The notes below the pieces were generated by a model that searched no databases, was not told the origin of the DNA, and worked only from the letters and a program-made list of their open reading frames with translations. Shown here in pieces: positions 41,785 through 56,800 of a stretch of DNA of 64,000 nucleotides; within the stretch, counting starts at the first letter, position 1, and the number at the start of each line of letters is the position of its first letter. Source of the stretch: Octopus vulgaris (lineage: Eukaryota); contig OX597814.1 in NCBI GenBank assembly GCA_951406725.2, positions 100,440,001-100,504,000 on the forward strand. The letters run 5' to 3'. The translations under genes and the position numbers were made by a program.

Positions 41785-43351
41785 CATACATACATACATA
41801 AATACATACATACATACATACATACATACATACATACATACATACATACATACATGCATGCATACATACATACATGTATATATGCATACACACATGTATG
41901 TACCCATGTATGTATGCATGTATGTATATATAAATGCCACTGCATTTAAGAAGTAAGTTTTCAGTAAGGAGATTTTGCGGATACAGTTTTTTACTTCTGT
42001 TCGTTAACCTCTTACACGAAAACAGAACATGTGAACTTGTATATCATAGATAGGCTATCCGGCTCGTTCATTGTCGCTCGTCTGAGTTGTTCAGCATTTC
42101 TGAAGGTCATTACGATAAAGTTAACTTAAAGTCAACAATTACATATCACCCTGTCTGTATAATCCAGATGTTTCTTATGTTGGCTATTTTGGGTAAGATC
42201 AGCTAAACCAGAGTAAATAAAAATTTTCCTCATTGACTCTGAACAGCGTGCTTACATACATAAGTGAGCTGGCAGAATTGTTAGCATGCCGGACAACATG
42301 CTTTACCGCATTACCTCGGGCTACGCATTCTGAATTCAAATTCTGACAAGGTTGACATTATTGGTCAACCTCGGTACCTATAAAATAAGTACCAGTTGAA
42401 CGCACGCGTTGATGTGATCAATTAGCACGTTCCCTCAAAATATCAGGCCCTGTGTCTATAGCAGTGGGAATATAAGGATTAATAAAATACCTCCTGTTAT
42501 CGAACGATATAGTTCAAACTATATTCAATTTTTTTTTTTTTTTTTGGTTCTCCATCATTGTATTTCAGCAAAATATCTTCTTGCCTTCTTGTCGTTTTCT
42601 GACTCAGTATCGTAAAGTAAAAACTATAATACTAACTTCATTTCTTTCCTATAGAAGCCTCTTAAATGAATGTAATCAGCCCGATACTCAACTGATAGGA
42701 CAACAATTTGTGTACAAATATTGTCATGACAAAGTTAGATGTGGAAGAACACAGGAAATCTTGTTTGCTTCGCTCTCCCATGGGACCAGAAAAATTCGTT
42801 ATAGTCTACTTATGAGACTAAGGAAAACACATCTGTTTTGCAGTTTCTAGGATGCTACTAACTAAATGTTCCTCACTAGTTTAGAAGTTGACTCCAAGAA
42901 GCAAATAAATAAATAAATAAATTACACAGATTGACATAAAATATAAGAAAAACAAACTTTTGAGATCATATCGATGTAACATGTGGTTAAAATTCAGAAC
43001 TATTCATTAAGGAAAATATCGTTATATTTTTTGCTTATTAATTATTCATAACTCATTAGGGAGCGTCAGTAAGTTCAGAAAATAATTAAGTATGTTCATT
43101 TTGCTTTTGATTCGTTTTTCTAAAAACATATATGTGTTACATTTTAAAATTTCATTTTGGAATAGCGTATTTTAAATAAACAAAATTATGTAAAAATAAT
43201 AAAATATGTAATAGAAGTAGAAATGATTAAGAAAATACACACACACAGAGGCACACACAGACACACACACAGAAAGAGAGACAAACACATTTATATTTAT
43301 ATAGACATATGTATGTAAATATATTCGCATATATATATGTATGTATGTATA

Positions 43352-43397
<46 letters not shown>

Positions 43398-43403
43398 CAT
43401 ACA

Positions 43404-43437
<34 letters not shown>

Positions 43438-43600
43438 CATACATACACACATACATACATATATTCATACACATATATACAGATTTACGTATATGCAGAG
43501 CGATCGAATTGATTGATATACCATATGGTATCCAAGGAAGTGTGTACTGATATATATATATATATACTTATGAATATATATCTATATACATTTATATGAA

Positions 43601-43639
<39 letters not shown>

Positions 43640-44267
43640 GTATATGTATGTATGTAAAGTACTATGTATATGCATATGTCTATATATGTATATATATGTA
43701 CGTGGATATGCGTATGCGTCAATGTGAGCGTAAATGTGATGTGCGGGCATATGCGCTTTTTTGGGGTTTGTATGTATGCGCGCATTTTTGGGTTTCTATG
43801 TATAAGTTTAATGATCTTCAAAAGGATATATATGCATTACTGATAAAAAAATTTAGGTTAATTTTGCTGAAATTTCTAAGTACATGTGTTTGGTCGTTAA
43901 ATTTCCCATTCGAAATGCAAGAATTGCTTAAAAGGAGTTCTTTGTACAGACACAAATTATGGAATAATATTGATAAATTCATTACAATATTTCATTTTCT
44001 CATTTTCTTCAATCACTTTTAATTAATTCCAGCTAAATTACGAAGAGAAATTGGTTTATTTGCATAAACATCAAATCAATAATGGTCGTCTGATGTATGT
44101 CTGCATGTATGTAAGTATGTATGTACGTAAGTATGTATGTATGTGTGTATGTATGTATGTATGTGTATGTCTGTGTATACATAAACATATATGAAAATGT
44201 ACATTTACATGTGTATATTTATACACAAACATATGTGTATATAAGCATATACGTGTTTATATATATG

Positions 44268-44307
<40 letters not shown>

Positions 44308-44759
44308 TATACCTGCGTAAATGTATGTATATGTGTGTAAATATGTATGTAAATGATATGTAAATATATGTGTGCATTTCTTGATATAGATATCTATATA
44401 TACATATTTACCTTTATATGTTTTTGTGTGTGTGTTAGTTTTTGCGTGCATGTATGTATAAGCATAATACTCCTGAAGTTACAGTGTTAGCATTTCTAGT
44501 TAACATTGCCACAGAAAAGTGAGATATTTATAATATTCTAAAAAATGAAAATAATTAAATAAAATAAAATAATAATAGTCATCGACTAATAATTTATTTT
44601 TCTTCTTAATTTTGTGAGTTAACTTGTTAATATTTCTAACATTAAATATAGTAATACTACCGTAAATATATTCGTATAATTATGGCTTATTAAGGATGCA
44701 TATTTCATGAGAAACTCTACTATCTGGAGTATGTTGTTTCGAATAAAGTTGCAATAATA

Positions 44760-45320
44760 ATCTATAAACAGAACCACGGAACATGCAAAAAGTTAATATT
44801 CAGAAAACCAAAGAGAAGTTGGAAGATGAAGCAAACTCGAAGAAGCCATACAAAGGGGATCATAAAATCGCTAAATTTGTGACCTACAAGTGAGGTCTGT
44901 CGGTTTATCACAGGAGAGATTGTAACTATCATAATGGCCAATTGCTTTCGCACTCGTTGTCTTGCGTATCTCAATGACCCTGAGATGAATACCAACAAAT
45001 TCAAGCCTCAGGGGTTACCTCCCATGCTGGACATGTCAAAGTATAAATGCCAGACTAATATGGGCCGCGTCTTACCACAGGTAAAAATGTTTCCGTAGGA
45101 CCAACGCCCCTACGCAGAAAAGATACAAAGTTACTGAAGCATCGATGACAAATCAAAATCAACATGTCCTAGGAGAGGACCTAGAGACAAGATCAACAGA
45201 AGAGTCGTCGATGGCCTATGATCCATAGAGAGTGAAGTCTTAAGTTGTGAGGAAATACTATCAAATGAATAAGGGCATTTCTCTTGGTTTTGACGGAAAC
45301 AATTTTCCTGTCCACACAAC
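44760..45320 (-). mobile_element. Probable 5' region of a decayed non-LTR retrotransposon
   Basis: GC-richer segment resembling a LINE 5' UTR/endonuclease start, with no intact ORF. Assignment is from recall only. Confidence 0.3.
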
Positions 45321-45977
45321 TAAGCTAGCTGCTCGTTGAATTAATCACTTCGTAAATCACAGAGAATTTCACAGTCACGTGCATTCTTATTTTAATTATC
45401 AATCATTCTGTGAAATGCTTTGTGTAACAAAGTATAATTTGAGCTATAGGTGCAATACATCAATAGCATGATAACTTTTTTGTTGCCCAGTGTAATATAT
45501 AGCCCTATAATGGCTACATTTCTGAAGAATAGATTGCGGACATTTTTTTTTTCAGTTAATATTCAGCATGCTCAAGCTTTGTTAGAATATCTGTAATTTC
45601 TTTTATATATCAAAATATTCAAAAAAAACCTTCCCGAGGCGAAGGCTCAATAAACCGATTTCCAGGAATTTGTGGCGTACATATTCTCCTCTCCTCAACC
45701 TGCACGGGACGCTGATCCGTTACAGGATTACTCATATTTTTGCCAGCTGAGCGGACTGAGTCAACGTAAAATGAAGTGTTTTGCTTAAGAACACAACGCA
45801 TCACTCTGTCCAGGAATCGAAACTACTATCATACGATCATGAGTGCAAAACTCCCTATCCGTTAAGCCTTACAATCCACTTCGTTTTGCACACACATACA
45901 CACACACACATACACACATACCCCCACACACACACACATACACACACACACATTAATAATGCCGGGTACTAGAGATA

Positions 45978-46525
45978 GCGACAACATGATAGAATAGCAG
46001 TCAGAAACACGATTTAAGACCACAAATTTTCACTAAAACACAATGTTGAAATCGGGAGAATGGGCAAAAATAACCTCAAGACCCCATAGAAATTATTACA
46101 AAACTCGTAAATTGAAAAGCCAGACATACCCGTATTGCAGCGATTTCAAACTGTCAAAATATCACATGCTAAGCCATTGTTATTGTTGTAAACAACATCC
46201 TTATATTTTATATAATTTTTATTCACTTCGATATCTTATGAAAATAGATGCGGCATTAAAAACGGTCATCGCACACATTGGTTGAGATAGGCAAGCTTTA
46301 TGACCCTAGGTCAGTAGAGACTCGCTCAGATTGACTAAGTGATATTTTCTCAAAGTTTGAAATGACTGCGATACAGGTGTGCCTGGCTTTTCAATTTACG
46401 ACTTTTTTCGTCATATGTATAGGGTCTTAAGGTTATTTTTCCCATTCTCCTGATTTTATGTTTGTGTTATAGTGAAAATTTGTGCTCTTAAGTCGTTTAT
46501 CTCTGCCATTTTAGCATGCTGGTGA
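45978..46525. mobile_element. Foldback MITE-like element with imperfect inverted arms of about 190 bp
   Basis: 'gggagaatgggcaaaaataacctcaagaccc' pairs with 'gggtcttaaggttatttttcccattctcc'; 'tcgtaaattgaaaagccag' pairs with 'ctggcttttcaatttacga'. Confidence 0.85.
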
Positions 46526-46529
46526 TTTA

Positions 46530-47327
46530 AGAATTTTGTTAAGGCCATGAATGAAGACGTTGAAAGATTCGAATATCTCAGTGAAAAATTTGTTTCTAGC
46601 AAGAATGAAGTTAAGATCAAAGCTGGTGTTTTTAATGGAGCAGAAATTCGTACACTAATTTGTGATGAGCTTTTTCAAGAAGAATTAAATTCAGTAGAGA
46701 AAACTGATTGGGAAAGGTTTGTTTCTCTTGTAAAAAATGTTTTGTGAAATGCAAAATCATCTAACTACGTTCCAATTGATTATTTGAAAGCTTATAAGCA
46801 ACTTGGGGCAAGAATGTCTCTAAAAATTCATTTTCTCCACTCTCATGCTGACTTTTTTCCACCCAGTATGGGTGATGTAAGCAATGAGCATGGTGAACGA
46901 TTTCATCAAGAAATCAAAGAGCCAGAAAGCCGATACAGTGGCAGACTTACAGCAAACATGCTGGTTATAAAACGAGAAACGGACATGCAACTTAAGCGTA
47001 AAAGAAGAATCCAAAGCCATTTTTGAAAAACATAAAATTAATAATATTCACTTTACACTTTGTTTTGTGTTTTGTTGGTTTTAGCGCTACTTGCCCACCT
47101 AGTTGCTATTGTTCATATACCAAATAAGGGCAATTTACGCTTAACATAACATTCATTTTATTTGTCATGCATTTTCACATTATTATAATTTTGATAGCAG
47201 TATAATATTGATAGTGCAAAAATGTGACGTGCTAGAGCAAAAATGATTGCAGATTCGGAATCAGCGCTCCCTAATTACTTATGAGCATCATTTCGTCTAA
47301 TAGTAGCAAAAATGTTGTTGCCTGGTG
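46530..47327 (+). mobile_element. Chapaev3-like (CMC) DNA transposon 3' remnant, transposase pseudogene
   Basis: ORF fragments KIKAGVFNGAEIR and MSLKIHFLHSHADFFPPSMGDVSNEHGERFHQEI; terminus 'gattcggaatcagcgc...ttgttgcctggtg'. Confidence 0.8.
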
Positions 47328-48090
47328 TTATTTATGCATCTAAGTTTTGATATTTGCTTTGTAAAAAAAATTCATATAAAAAGTTTGAAATTGAGGGCAT
47401 GCTTTACAAAATGTTCGTAATTAGAATTGATATAATATTTCACAGTAATGCTTTATATGGTTAAGCATGTGGGAAAGGAAACTCATACACCATATCTGTT
47501 TCCTTTCTCTCTTTCCCTTTCCCTTTCCCTCTTAATCTACTAATCGCTCTCTATCAATCTAGCTATTTATCCGTGTGCATGTAATGCGATCCATTTTTTC
47601 CTACTCGTTTTAATTGATCCTCTATTCCCGCCCATATGCAAACTATATGAACTCTTCTTATTAGGAAACAATTTTCATAGGAAATAGCCATATACGATTT
47701 CTATTGTCTTACATTGTTCATTATGTGGAATTATGAAATAAACACATGGAAACTGGCGCAGTTATCTTATCATTTCTAGATTTAGGACTTTAACATTTGA
47801 ATGAAAAACCGCGTAGGTGTGATTCATTACGAATGTTACTGGTAAAGCATGTTTGTGACAGGATATTTATGAAAGCCTTTTAACCGTGTAAATTAATCAT
47901 TTCCTATTACTGCGGTATATAAATGAGCGCTATTCTATATACAATAATGTGAAATTACATAAAGTTTAACACATTTAGTTTATCTTTAATATTCCAATTA
48001 TATTTCATCGTGCAGAAAATCTTGCTTCTCATCATTTATTAAACACTTCAAAGGTACTTAAGTTTGTGCGATAGAATTATGTCAAATACT

Positions 48091-48299
48091 GGCAGAACGT
48101 TAGCACGCCGGGCGAAATGCTTAGCGGTATTTCGTCTGCCGTTACGTTCTGAGTTCAAATTCCGCCGAGGTCGACTTTGCCTTTCATCCTTTCGGGGTCG
48201 ATAAATTAAGCACCAGTTACACACTGGGGTCGATGTAATCGATTTAATGTCCTTGTTTGTCCCCTCTATGTTTATCCCCTTGTGGGCAATAGAGAAATA
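48091..48299 (+). mobile_element. Young SINE family B monomer with an 18-bp TSD
   Basis: agaattatgtcaaatact (48073-48090) and agaattatgtcaaatgct (48300-48317). Confidence 0.93.
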
Positions 48300-50089
48300 A
48301 GAATTATGTCAAATGCTACTGAATTCGACGCTCGCGTACAAAAGTTTAATCTGAAAAGCTTTAAAAATACGACGTCCCTATTTGGCTGCAATTTATTTAA
48401 TGAAGCACAAAATAACTTTCATCATATAACTATAAGGTTTTTCGTTCTGGTTTGCAAGATTCTTCATGTGAATTTTTGTGTTGAAGCAAATTATGCTGTG
48501 TCTGGGTGAGTTATATTGTCTTAATACCTTTATTATGTAACACATCCACCGGTTCGATTTCCACTCATTTATTATTTATGGGAATCCGTAGTAAACATCC
48601 ATATACAAAGTCAACATCTATTGATAAGGTACCCAATACCTAGGGTCTATTTCTCGTATTCAATCTCATCTACAACAAGCCGTTACAAACTCTGCATATA
48701 TCTGATAATCTGTCACTACGTCCTTATCACCAATGTGCATCACTTATATCCATCTTACATACCGACATTCCACAGAGAGCGCTGGGGTGCATCATGTCAG
48801 CTATTTGATCTGATCTCCGCTAGTTGATCCATCAGAAATAGATGGCCTAAAACAATCGACTTGGAATTGTTACCGCCCACTTACTAATACACAACTAAAA
48901 CTCACAGCTCGAAGTTTCCCTAGTGATTAATTGCTGCATCTACAAACTATGACCACCACAATATCACCTGCAAGGCCATTATCTGAAATGAAATTGATGC
49001 CTGCGTGCATCGTACAGCTTCCCAAACCGTAGTCGATCCTTTGGATCGCTTGCCAAAATGATTTCTACTAATTTTGCGGAATCTTCCTTTGTTCTACTCG
49101 TCAAACATGATTGTTTGTTGAGAAGTCACCTCCCAGAAGCCCAAAGTTTCATTACTCGCTATGCGCTCTTCTCTACACACATTAGATAAACCTCTTCCAA
49201 ACCTACCCACTTCGTCCCTACCGACTTCATTATCACACACGCATAGATACTATGTGCGAAAGTACTCTCGGTCGCTTCATTTCAAAAACTTCACCAGCTT
49301 TCACAATGTCTTTTTAATAATCCTTAAACAAAGCATCCAGAAATAGTACATATTGCCACCAAACAACTAAATATCTCTTTCCTTTTTCTCTCTCTCTCCC
49401 TCGCTCTTTCTCTTTCTCTCTCGTTCTCTCAAGCTCTCTCGCTCTCTCTCGCTTTCTCTCTGTCTGTTTTTCTATTTATCTCTCTCTCCCTCTCTCTAAA
49501 CATAAATGTTTCTCGTTCTTTGGAAATAGTTTACAATATGTTCCCATTCCTAGAAGAGCAACGATTCTTACAGTGGTAACTATTATCCTATCATGTTCAT
49601 TTATTTTCATTTCGAATGTGTTTGAGGCAGCTTTTAAAGATAACCTTCTCTCTCTTTCTCTCTCACAACCTGATAATCGCTAGTACGGTTTCGGAAATCC
49701 AGATTTATAGGAGTCCTACTTTTCTATGTCACTCACCACTGACGTTACCATTGACATCAACAGAATGTGTCTGAAATGAAAATTTTCTGGCAAAAGCCCA
49801 CACCCTTGACACCCTACAAACCCCTGTCTCTTGGAAAGTTGACTTTATCACAATCCATAATGTATAAAATCTGGTTTGTCCAACAGTTTGGTTTAACATT
49901 TTTATCATATATTCAAGTATTTATGATTTTAAAATACCTCTATAACATTAATCATACCTTGAGCTAGCACTATTTTATACAGATTAAAATGTTAATTTCC
50001 TAATGCTAATATTACAGTGAGAGGGCAGTGGTATATGCAAACTGGATAGTTAATTAGTATTACACATTTTGTTTACTGAAGAGGAAGAA

Positions 50090-50950
50090 AATTAGTTTAT
50101 AAATAAGGATAACATACTAATATTCGTATTTCTAATATTCTTTTCTATGGCTTTGATAGTAACCGTAATATCCTGACTGTAATAGCTCTCCAGATGTTCT
50201 CTTTTCTTAAGCGAGGAAGCATGTGTATGAACGTGTTCTTCAAGTCAGATATGCAGCTTATGAATGTTGCCACCGGTGTAAGACTCGCCAACTTCTTTCA
50301 AAGCCATGTTGTACATCACGTAGACCTGTAAATGTTAGCTCACATTGTTAATGAGGCCATTGCCTAATACACATGTATTTTTGCCGTGCGTGGGCCCACT
50401 CCGACATAAACATTTTTTTTTTTTTAAGCTTTACAGTGTATCAGCTGTATACTCAATCAGCACTCTACAACTAACCTGACTAATTATAGTAATTGTTCTC
50501 TCATTAGAGTGCAGCAGTTTTAGAAGACAAAGATTCTTGTTGAAGGTGTGAAGTTTCAACGTTTTAATTATTTCAAACTAGGTTAGTTATTCATTTTTCT
50601 GACCGTAGTGAGACTAAGTAGCATTAGACTATAGCTATTAATAGTGCACATAAACTCAGACAGAATTGAATTGTTTAGACCTAATTTGCATAACATTGTA
50701 ATTGTGGAAAATGGGTATAAATAATTACGAGAAACACAACACAAAGTTTTTACACAGATCTAAGGTTGACTTACAAGTGTACATTTTTCATAAAATCAAG
50801 TATTTAGCTTTTCTGTAAAAGTACATATTGCTGTAAAATGATATATGTGACAGAGATTTGCCTGATTGGGCGAAGGAGATCAGCCTGAAGATATTCAAAG
50901 ATTTAGTGCCATTTCCTCAAATCTTCTTGGCTTACTTTTCCTGACTGCAC
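50090..50950 (-). pseudogene. Decayed Penelope-like element RT C-terminus plus GIY-YIG endonuclease
   Basis: Minus frame VYVMYNMALKEVGESYTGGNIHKLHI*LEEHVHTHASSLKKREHL...ITVTIKAIEK resembles the PLE VY..YIG..R..EH pattern. Upstream FYRKAK..KS.L resembles the PLE RT thumb. Confidence 0.55.
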
Positions 50951-51257
50951 AGAAAACAATAGCTTATAGATATCTATGCCAGACACAATTTGGTACAGAA
51001 ACACACTGACTTAATGAAGCGCCGAAACTATTCAGGACAATATATTTTTCTAGTCACAGGAAGTAAAATAAGAGTATTTTCTTTTCACAGCAATACTGAA
51101 ATAGTTTATAAGAAAACTTACATCAGTAAACCTGCTTAACATCTCTCTCTTACACTCTCTCTCACCCTCTTTTCCTCACTATCTCTCTCTCCCTCTGTCT
51201 TTCTCTCTCTCTTCTGCTTCTGTCTCTACCTCTCCCTTCCGCTCTCATCTTCTCTCC

Positions 51258-51293
<36 letters not shown>

Positions 51294-51371
51294 CTATGCC
51301 CGTCAATAACTTTTTCAGTATCTTTTTGAATAGATATACTTATATATGCATGCATGTAAATATATATATAC

Positions 51372-51405
<34 letters not shown>

Positions 51406-51957
51406 ATGTGTGTGTATGTGTGTGTGTATGTATGTGTATGTGTGTGTGTGTTTATGTATGTATGTATATATTCAGATGGAGAGCAAGAGAGAAAAAAAGA
51501 GATGCAGACAGACTAATGTAGAGAATGAATGCATCTATATAAAGAAAAAAACACAAGCACACACACACAAACACAAACACACGCACACACACACACACAC
51601 TCAAGCCCAAATAACAGGGGCGTTGAAAGTCCAACAGGAAATTACTTAACCTTAGAACCGTCCCTAAAACATGTAGCTGGGGGACGAATCAAAAGTGATA
51701 TATCAACCTACTACATCATACACTTTTCACCGCCTCTTGGAGTCGGGGTCCGGTATCTGGGATTTAATATGAAACAGATGATGATTGTAGAAACTAAGTT
51801 AACGCTGCCTGGCAAAAGATAAACACGAATTGCTTGAGTGGGTAACACAAAAACGGAAGAGAGTAAAATATTTCTAAAGGTGGGCAGGAAGGTAGGTAGT
51901 AGGCATGTAGATATACAGATGAATACGATAGACACATCAGTAAATAAATATACAATA

Positions 51958-52510
<553 letters not shown>

Positions 52511-52676
52511 ATATGAGTGGCTATGTGCATTTACTTACAAATATACTAAGAGGGAAAGGCTGATATATATAGAAAAAGAGATCATGAATAGCCGAATAGA
52601 TATATTGGCAATTTCAGGGAGTAAATAATCTTCAGAAATTACCGGAAATGTCACCACTGTACATATACGGTACTCT

Positions 52677-52998
52677 GAAGGCGCGTGGAATTGTGGTTAG
52701 GGTATTCGTCTAACGATCGTAAAGTCGTGAGTTCAATTCTCGGCGACGCGCTGTATCCTTGAGCAAGACACGTTATTTCACATTGCTCCAGTCCACTCAG
52801 TTGGCAAAAATAAGCAGTACCTGTATTTCAAAGGCCCGTTTTGTCACACACTGTGTTACGCTGAATCTTCCTGAGAACTATGTTAAGGGTACACGTGTCT
52901 GTGAAGCGCTCAGCCACTTGCACGTTAATTTCACGAGCAGGCTCTTCCGTTGATCGGATTAACTGGAGCCCTTGTCGTCTTAAGCGACGGAATGCAAC
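52677..52998 (+). mobile_element. tRNA-derived SINE family D, full length
   Basis: tRNA-like head with gagttcaattc B box and 'tccttgagcaagacac' core; homologue at 62510-62760. Confidence 0.88.
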
Positions 52999-53846
52999 TA
53001 TTAAACCTATTCGGTATAAGAATTTTTTGAAAGCGTTAGAAGTGAAAGATGTAATTATGTAACGACAGATTTCGGAGTCATGATTTTTTTTAATTGAATA
53101 AAAGTAATAGAATTGAGTTTTTGCTTCTGTTTTGGCGAGGGTGGGGAGAAACCAAATGAATATATATAATATAAAGTAATTTAGTGGTTTCCAAGTTTAT
53201 TTGTTGAAACCAAGTGCAGGAATTCCGTTGGTTTTATTGTTCAAAACATTTTGTTCTATTAGCACAAGTTACATTTTTGGAAACATCTACGAGGACACGT
53301 GTGCATTATGTTAGTTTTACTTATAGGCGATGTTAGGCTATAGTGGTGATAATGTGAGGGCGGACAAATTGCCATGATTAATAAACTTACATTAGTTTTA
53401 AGCTTTTTCTTCTAAGCTAGTACCATGGCAAATAAAGAAGAATTATACGACTGCAAAATCTATTAATAAAACAAGAGGAAGTGAAGAAATTATGTTAATA
53501 TCTGGGATTGGGTGCCTAGGGTTTGTCTCAGCAAGTCTGTGCTTATATTCAACTGAACAGAAATTAGAAATAATTAATGAATTTGGAAATGTAAGATATC
53601 TTTTACATATGTACCTAGTCTTATTCCTCTCTTAATAAGTATAAAGACACACTTTGACTTAATGCTTATATAAACAAAGTAGTTGGCTATCTGGCAGAAA
53701 GAATTGTTAGAGCCTCCGAAAAAATACCTTATGGCACTTGTTCCGGCTTCTTGTATTCGAATGCTACCAAGAGTTCGAGTCCCACCAAGGTCAGCCTTAC
53801 CCTTCACCATACGAGTGTAGTGTGAGATCGATGGTGTCGACTAAAT

Positions 53847-56800
53847 CAAGCCTTTGGTAAACTTCTGACAATGGAGTGCCAAAAACATTGCACGTTCCAA
53901 CCTCATATAATTACTTTTAGTAATAGAGTTTATGCTTTTGAAACTTGTTATATCAGAAATCTATTTTATTAATCTTTTAATAGTTTAATGGAAACAAATA
54001 AAATTTTGTTTAAAAAAATCAATTTTTAAAAAATGTTAAAATTATAAACAACAGTACAAAATTATAAACAACAGTTACATTAAATTTCTATAAATTAACA
54101 AGAACATTGTCCCTGTAGATTTTTGGTTAATTTCTCAATATCAGGTGCATAATTTGTTACTTAGTTTTAAGCAAGCTTCCGAATGTTGAACTGTCAGACA
54201 ACTTCTTTGTGGACTCAGATTTCATATAGGAAAAAATTTGGTCGCGTGTATATGTTGAGCCAAAGGCTGAAAGTTGAGCATATGAGATTTTCTTCGAAAA
54301 ATTGAATCTTTCAGGCCACGACATCCAGCAATTAATGTTGGCAACGGACTTCTCCAAACAGCTTATTTCAAGAGTTTTTCGTAATTCCACAAATTTTGTT
54401 TTCCACAATTCTGAAGTTGTTAATTCAATCATTTCGATTTCAAAACTATTGTCGTGCATCCACTCAAAAAGTGATAGATCACATGCGTTCGTTTTCAAAT
54501 CAATCAAGTCGGCTTTGATGAGAGAGGAAAATATAGGAGCGTAAGTTTTCAAATCTTTACTTCGCTTGTAAAATTCTTCTTTCAACGTTGTAATATATTT
54601 TTGAAGTTCATTTTTATTAACATTAAATCGATTTGAACAAGCTTTTACATTTGGAAAGTATTTGTAAGTGTTGCTAAGTATATCACGCCAAAAGATATCT
54701 AATTTTAACAAAAATCCTCTCCAGTATTCAAAAAGATCAAGTACTATTTGATCTCTCCCTTGTAAATGCTAATTTAAATCATTCAAGTATTTGCTTATGT
54801 CAGTTAGAAACATCAATTTAAATAACCAGTCTTCATTGTTCAATTCTGGGAAATGTTTCTCTTCAAGAAATATTTTGATATCTTCCAATAATGTTACAAA
54901 TCTGATCAAAACATTAAACCCGACTAAGCCAACGGACATTGCTGTGTCGTGGGAGGTCTGTATATTCGCTGTCCAATACTTGCAGAAGGGACTTGAATTG
55001 TCTGTTAGTCATTGAAGAGAGAGAAACTTTGAAGTTAACTATTTTAACAACAGTCTCCATGATAGAACTCTAGTTTTGTGACGAATATTTTGCAACTAGA
55101 TTTTTTTATTATATGATGCAGTTAAAATTCATTACATTGTGTCCAATATGATTTTCAAGAAGCTTAACAAATCCTTTTTTGCTTTCCAACCATTGAACGT
55201 GCACCATCATTAGTAATATAAAATATTTTATTTATATGAATTGTTTGATTTTCGAAATAATTTACAAATAGTCAGAATGTCCTGTAGTTGTATTGGTAAT
55301 ATGAATCAAAGAACATAATTCTTCGTAAAACGATCATTGTTACTGTATCTTGCAACAATTGCTAGGCGCACCATTTCATTCACGCCAGTACTTCCAACGA
55401 TAGTGACACTGAATGCAGCAGCTTTTTGTAATACAACTTTTTGTTTTATTGTTATATTTTCAGCTATCTCAGTTATACGGTTATCGGTTGATCTTGCAAA
55501 GCTAGTATTTACTCTCTCTTTTACTCTTTTACTTGTTTCAGTCATTTGACTGCGGCCATGCTGGAGCACCGCCTTTAATCGAGCAACTCGACCCCGGGAC
55601 TTATTCTTTTGTAAGCCCAGTACTTATTCTATCGGTCTCTTTTGCCGAACCGCTAAACTACGGGGACAGAAACACACCAGCATCGGCTGTCAAGCAATGC
55701 TAGGGGGACAAAAACAGACACTCAAGCATAGATACGGATACATATATATACATATATACGACGGGCTTCTTTCAGTTTCCGTCTACCAAATCCACTCACA
55801 AGGCTTTGGTCGGCACGAGGCCATAGTAGAAGACACTTGCCCAAGGTGCCACGCAGTGGGACTGAACCCGGAACCATGTGGTTGGTAAACAAGCTACTTA
55901 CCACACAGCCACGCCTGCGCCTTGAATTCGAGGAAGTATTGTTTCAGCTTTTGGTAAAGCACTGAATAAAATTTTAGCACTTCTCAGAAAAGCTTTTTTG
56001 ATAAATTCTCCAACTGTAACAGGTTAACTTTCTCAGCTATACATTGAGCAATTGTGTAACTCTATTCATTGGCTTTATTTTTGGTACCAAGCATTTGAAC
56101 AAAAGCAGAAGTGTATTTTTGTAACTAGAAATAGCTCTTTTTGGCTTCACGTTTCTCATCAGAGTTTTTAAATGCAGTCTGGTGTCTAGTTTGATAGTGT
56201 CTTTGTACACAGCAGAATGCACACAGAGCACGATCATTTTGTTGTACAAATCTATACTCAGTTCTCCAGAAATCTTGAAATGAACGAACGTCAAGCTTTT
56301 GTCTTCTGTTATTTATCTTAGGGCACTATGCATTGATAATTAATATTAACAGGTATATAAATCCTTAAAACAGATTCTACAAATAGAAGTAAAAATTGAA
56401 TAAAAATAATTAGAAGAAAATAAATAGCAAAAAATATAAAAAACAAAAATGATATAAATTTGATGAATAAATTTTCGTAATAAAAATAATTATATTAAAA
56501 TATAAGGTAAGAATAAACAGAAAAAAAAAGAAAGACACTCAAAAATCAGACAACTTGACTCACAAAGGAGGAATTGAAATCAAAGCAAATAAGTACATTC
56601 ATGTATGTTTGTCTTTGAAAACCCTTCTCACTACCGTTTTTTTTTTTTCTGTTTAATACAAAACTGACCTCAGAATGAGATAATTTTAAAAGAGTCTACT
56701 TATAGATGAACCGCAAAGTAGGATCCCCTTTTTTAGAGTTTGTTTATTTAGAATGGCCGCTGTAAGGTGGTTAACTAATTTTAACATATCATGATCTGCA

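Noticed and set aside
50240-50340. Minus-strand host exon (ctaac...tttacag acceptor)
   Set aside because: The frame continues across the supposed acceptor as a GIY-YIG-like relic with stops.
56143-56165. Minus-strand CTGATGA-GAAAC-GT as a hammerhead
   Set aside because: No stem II and no stem I; it lies within hAT coding remnant.
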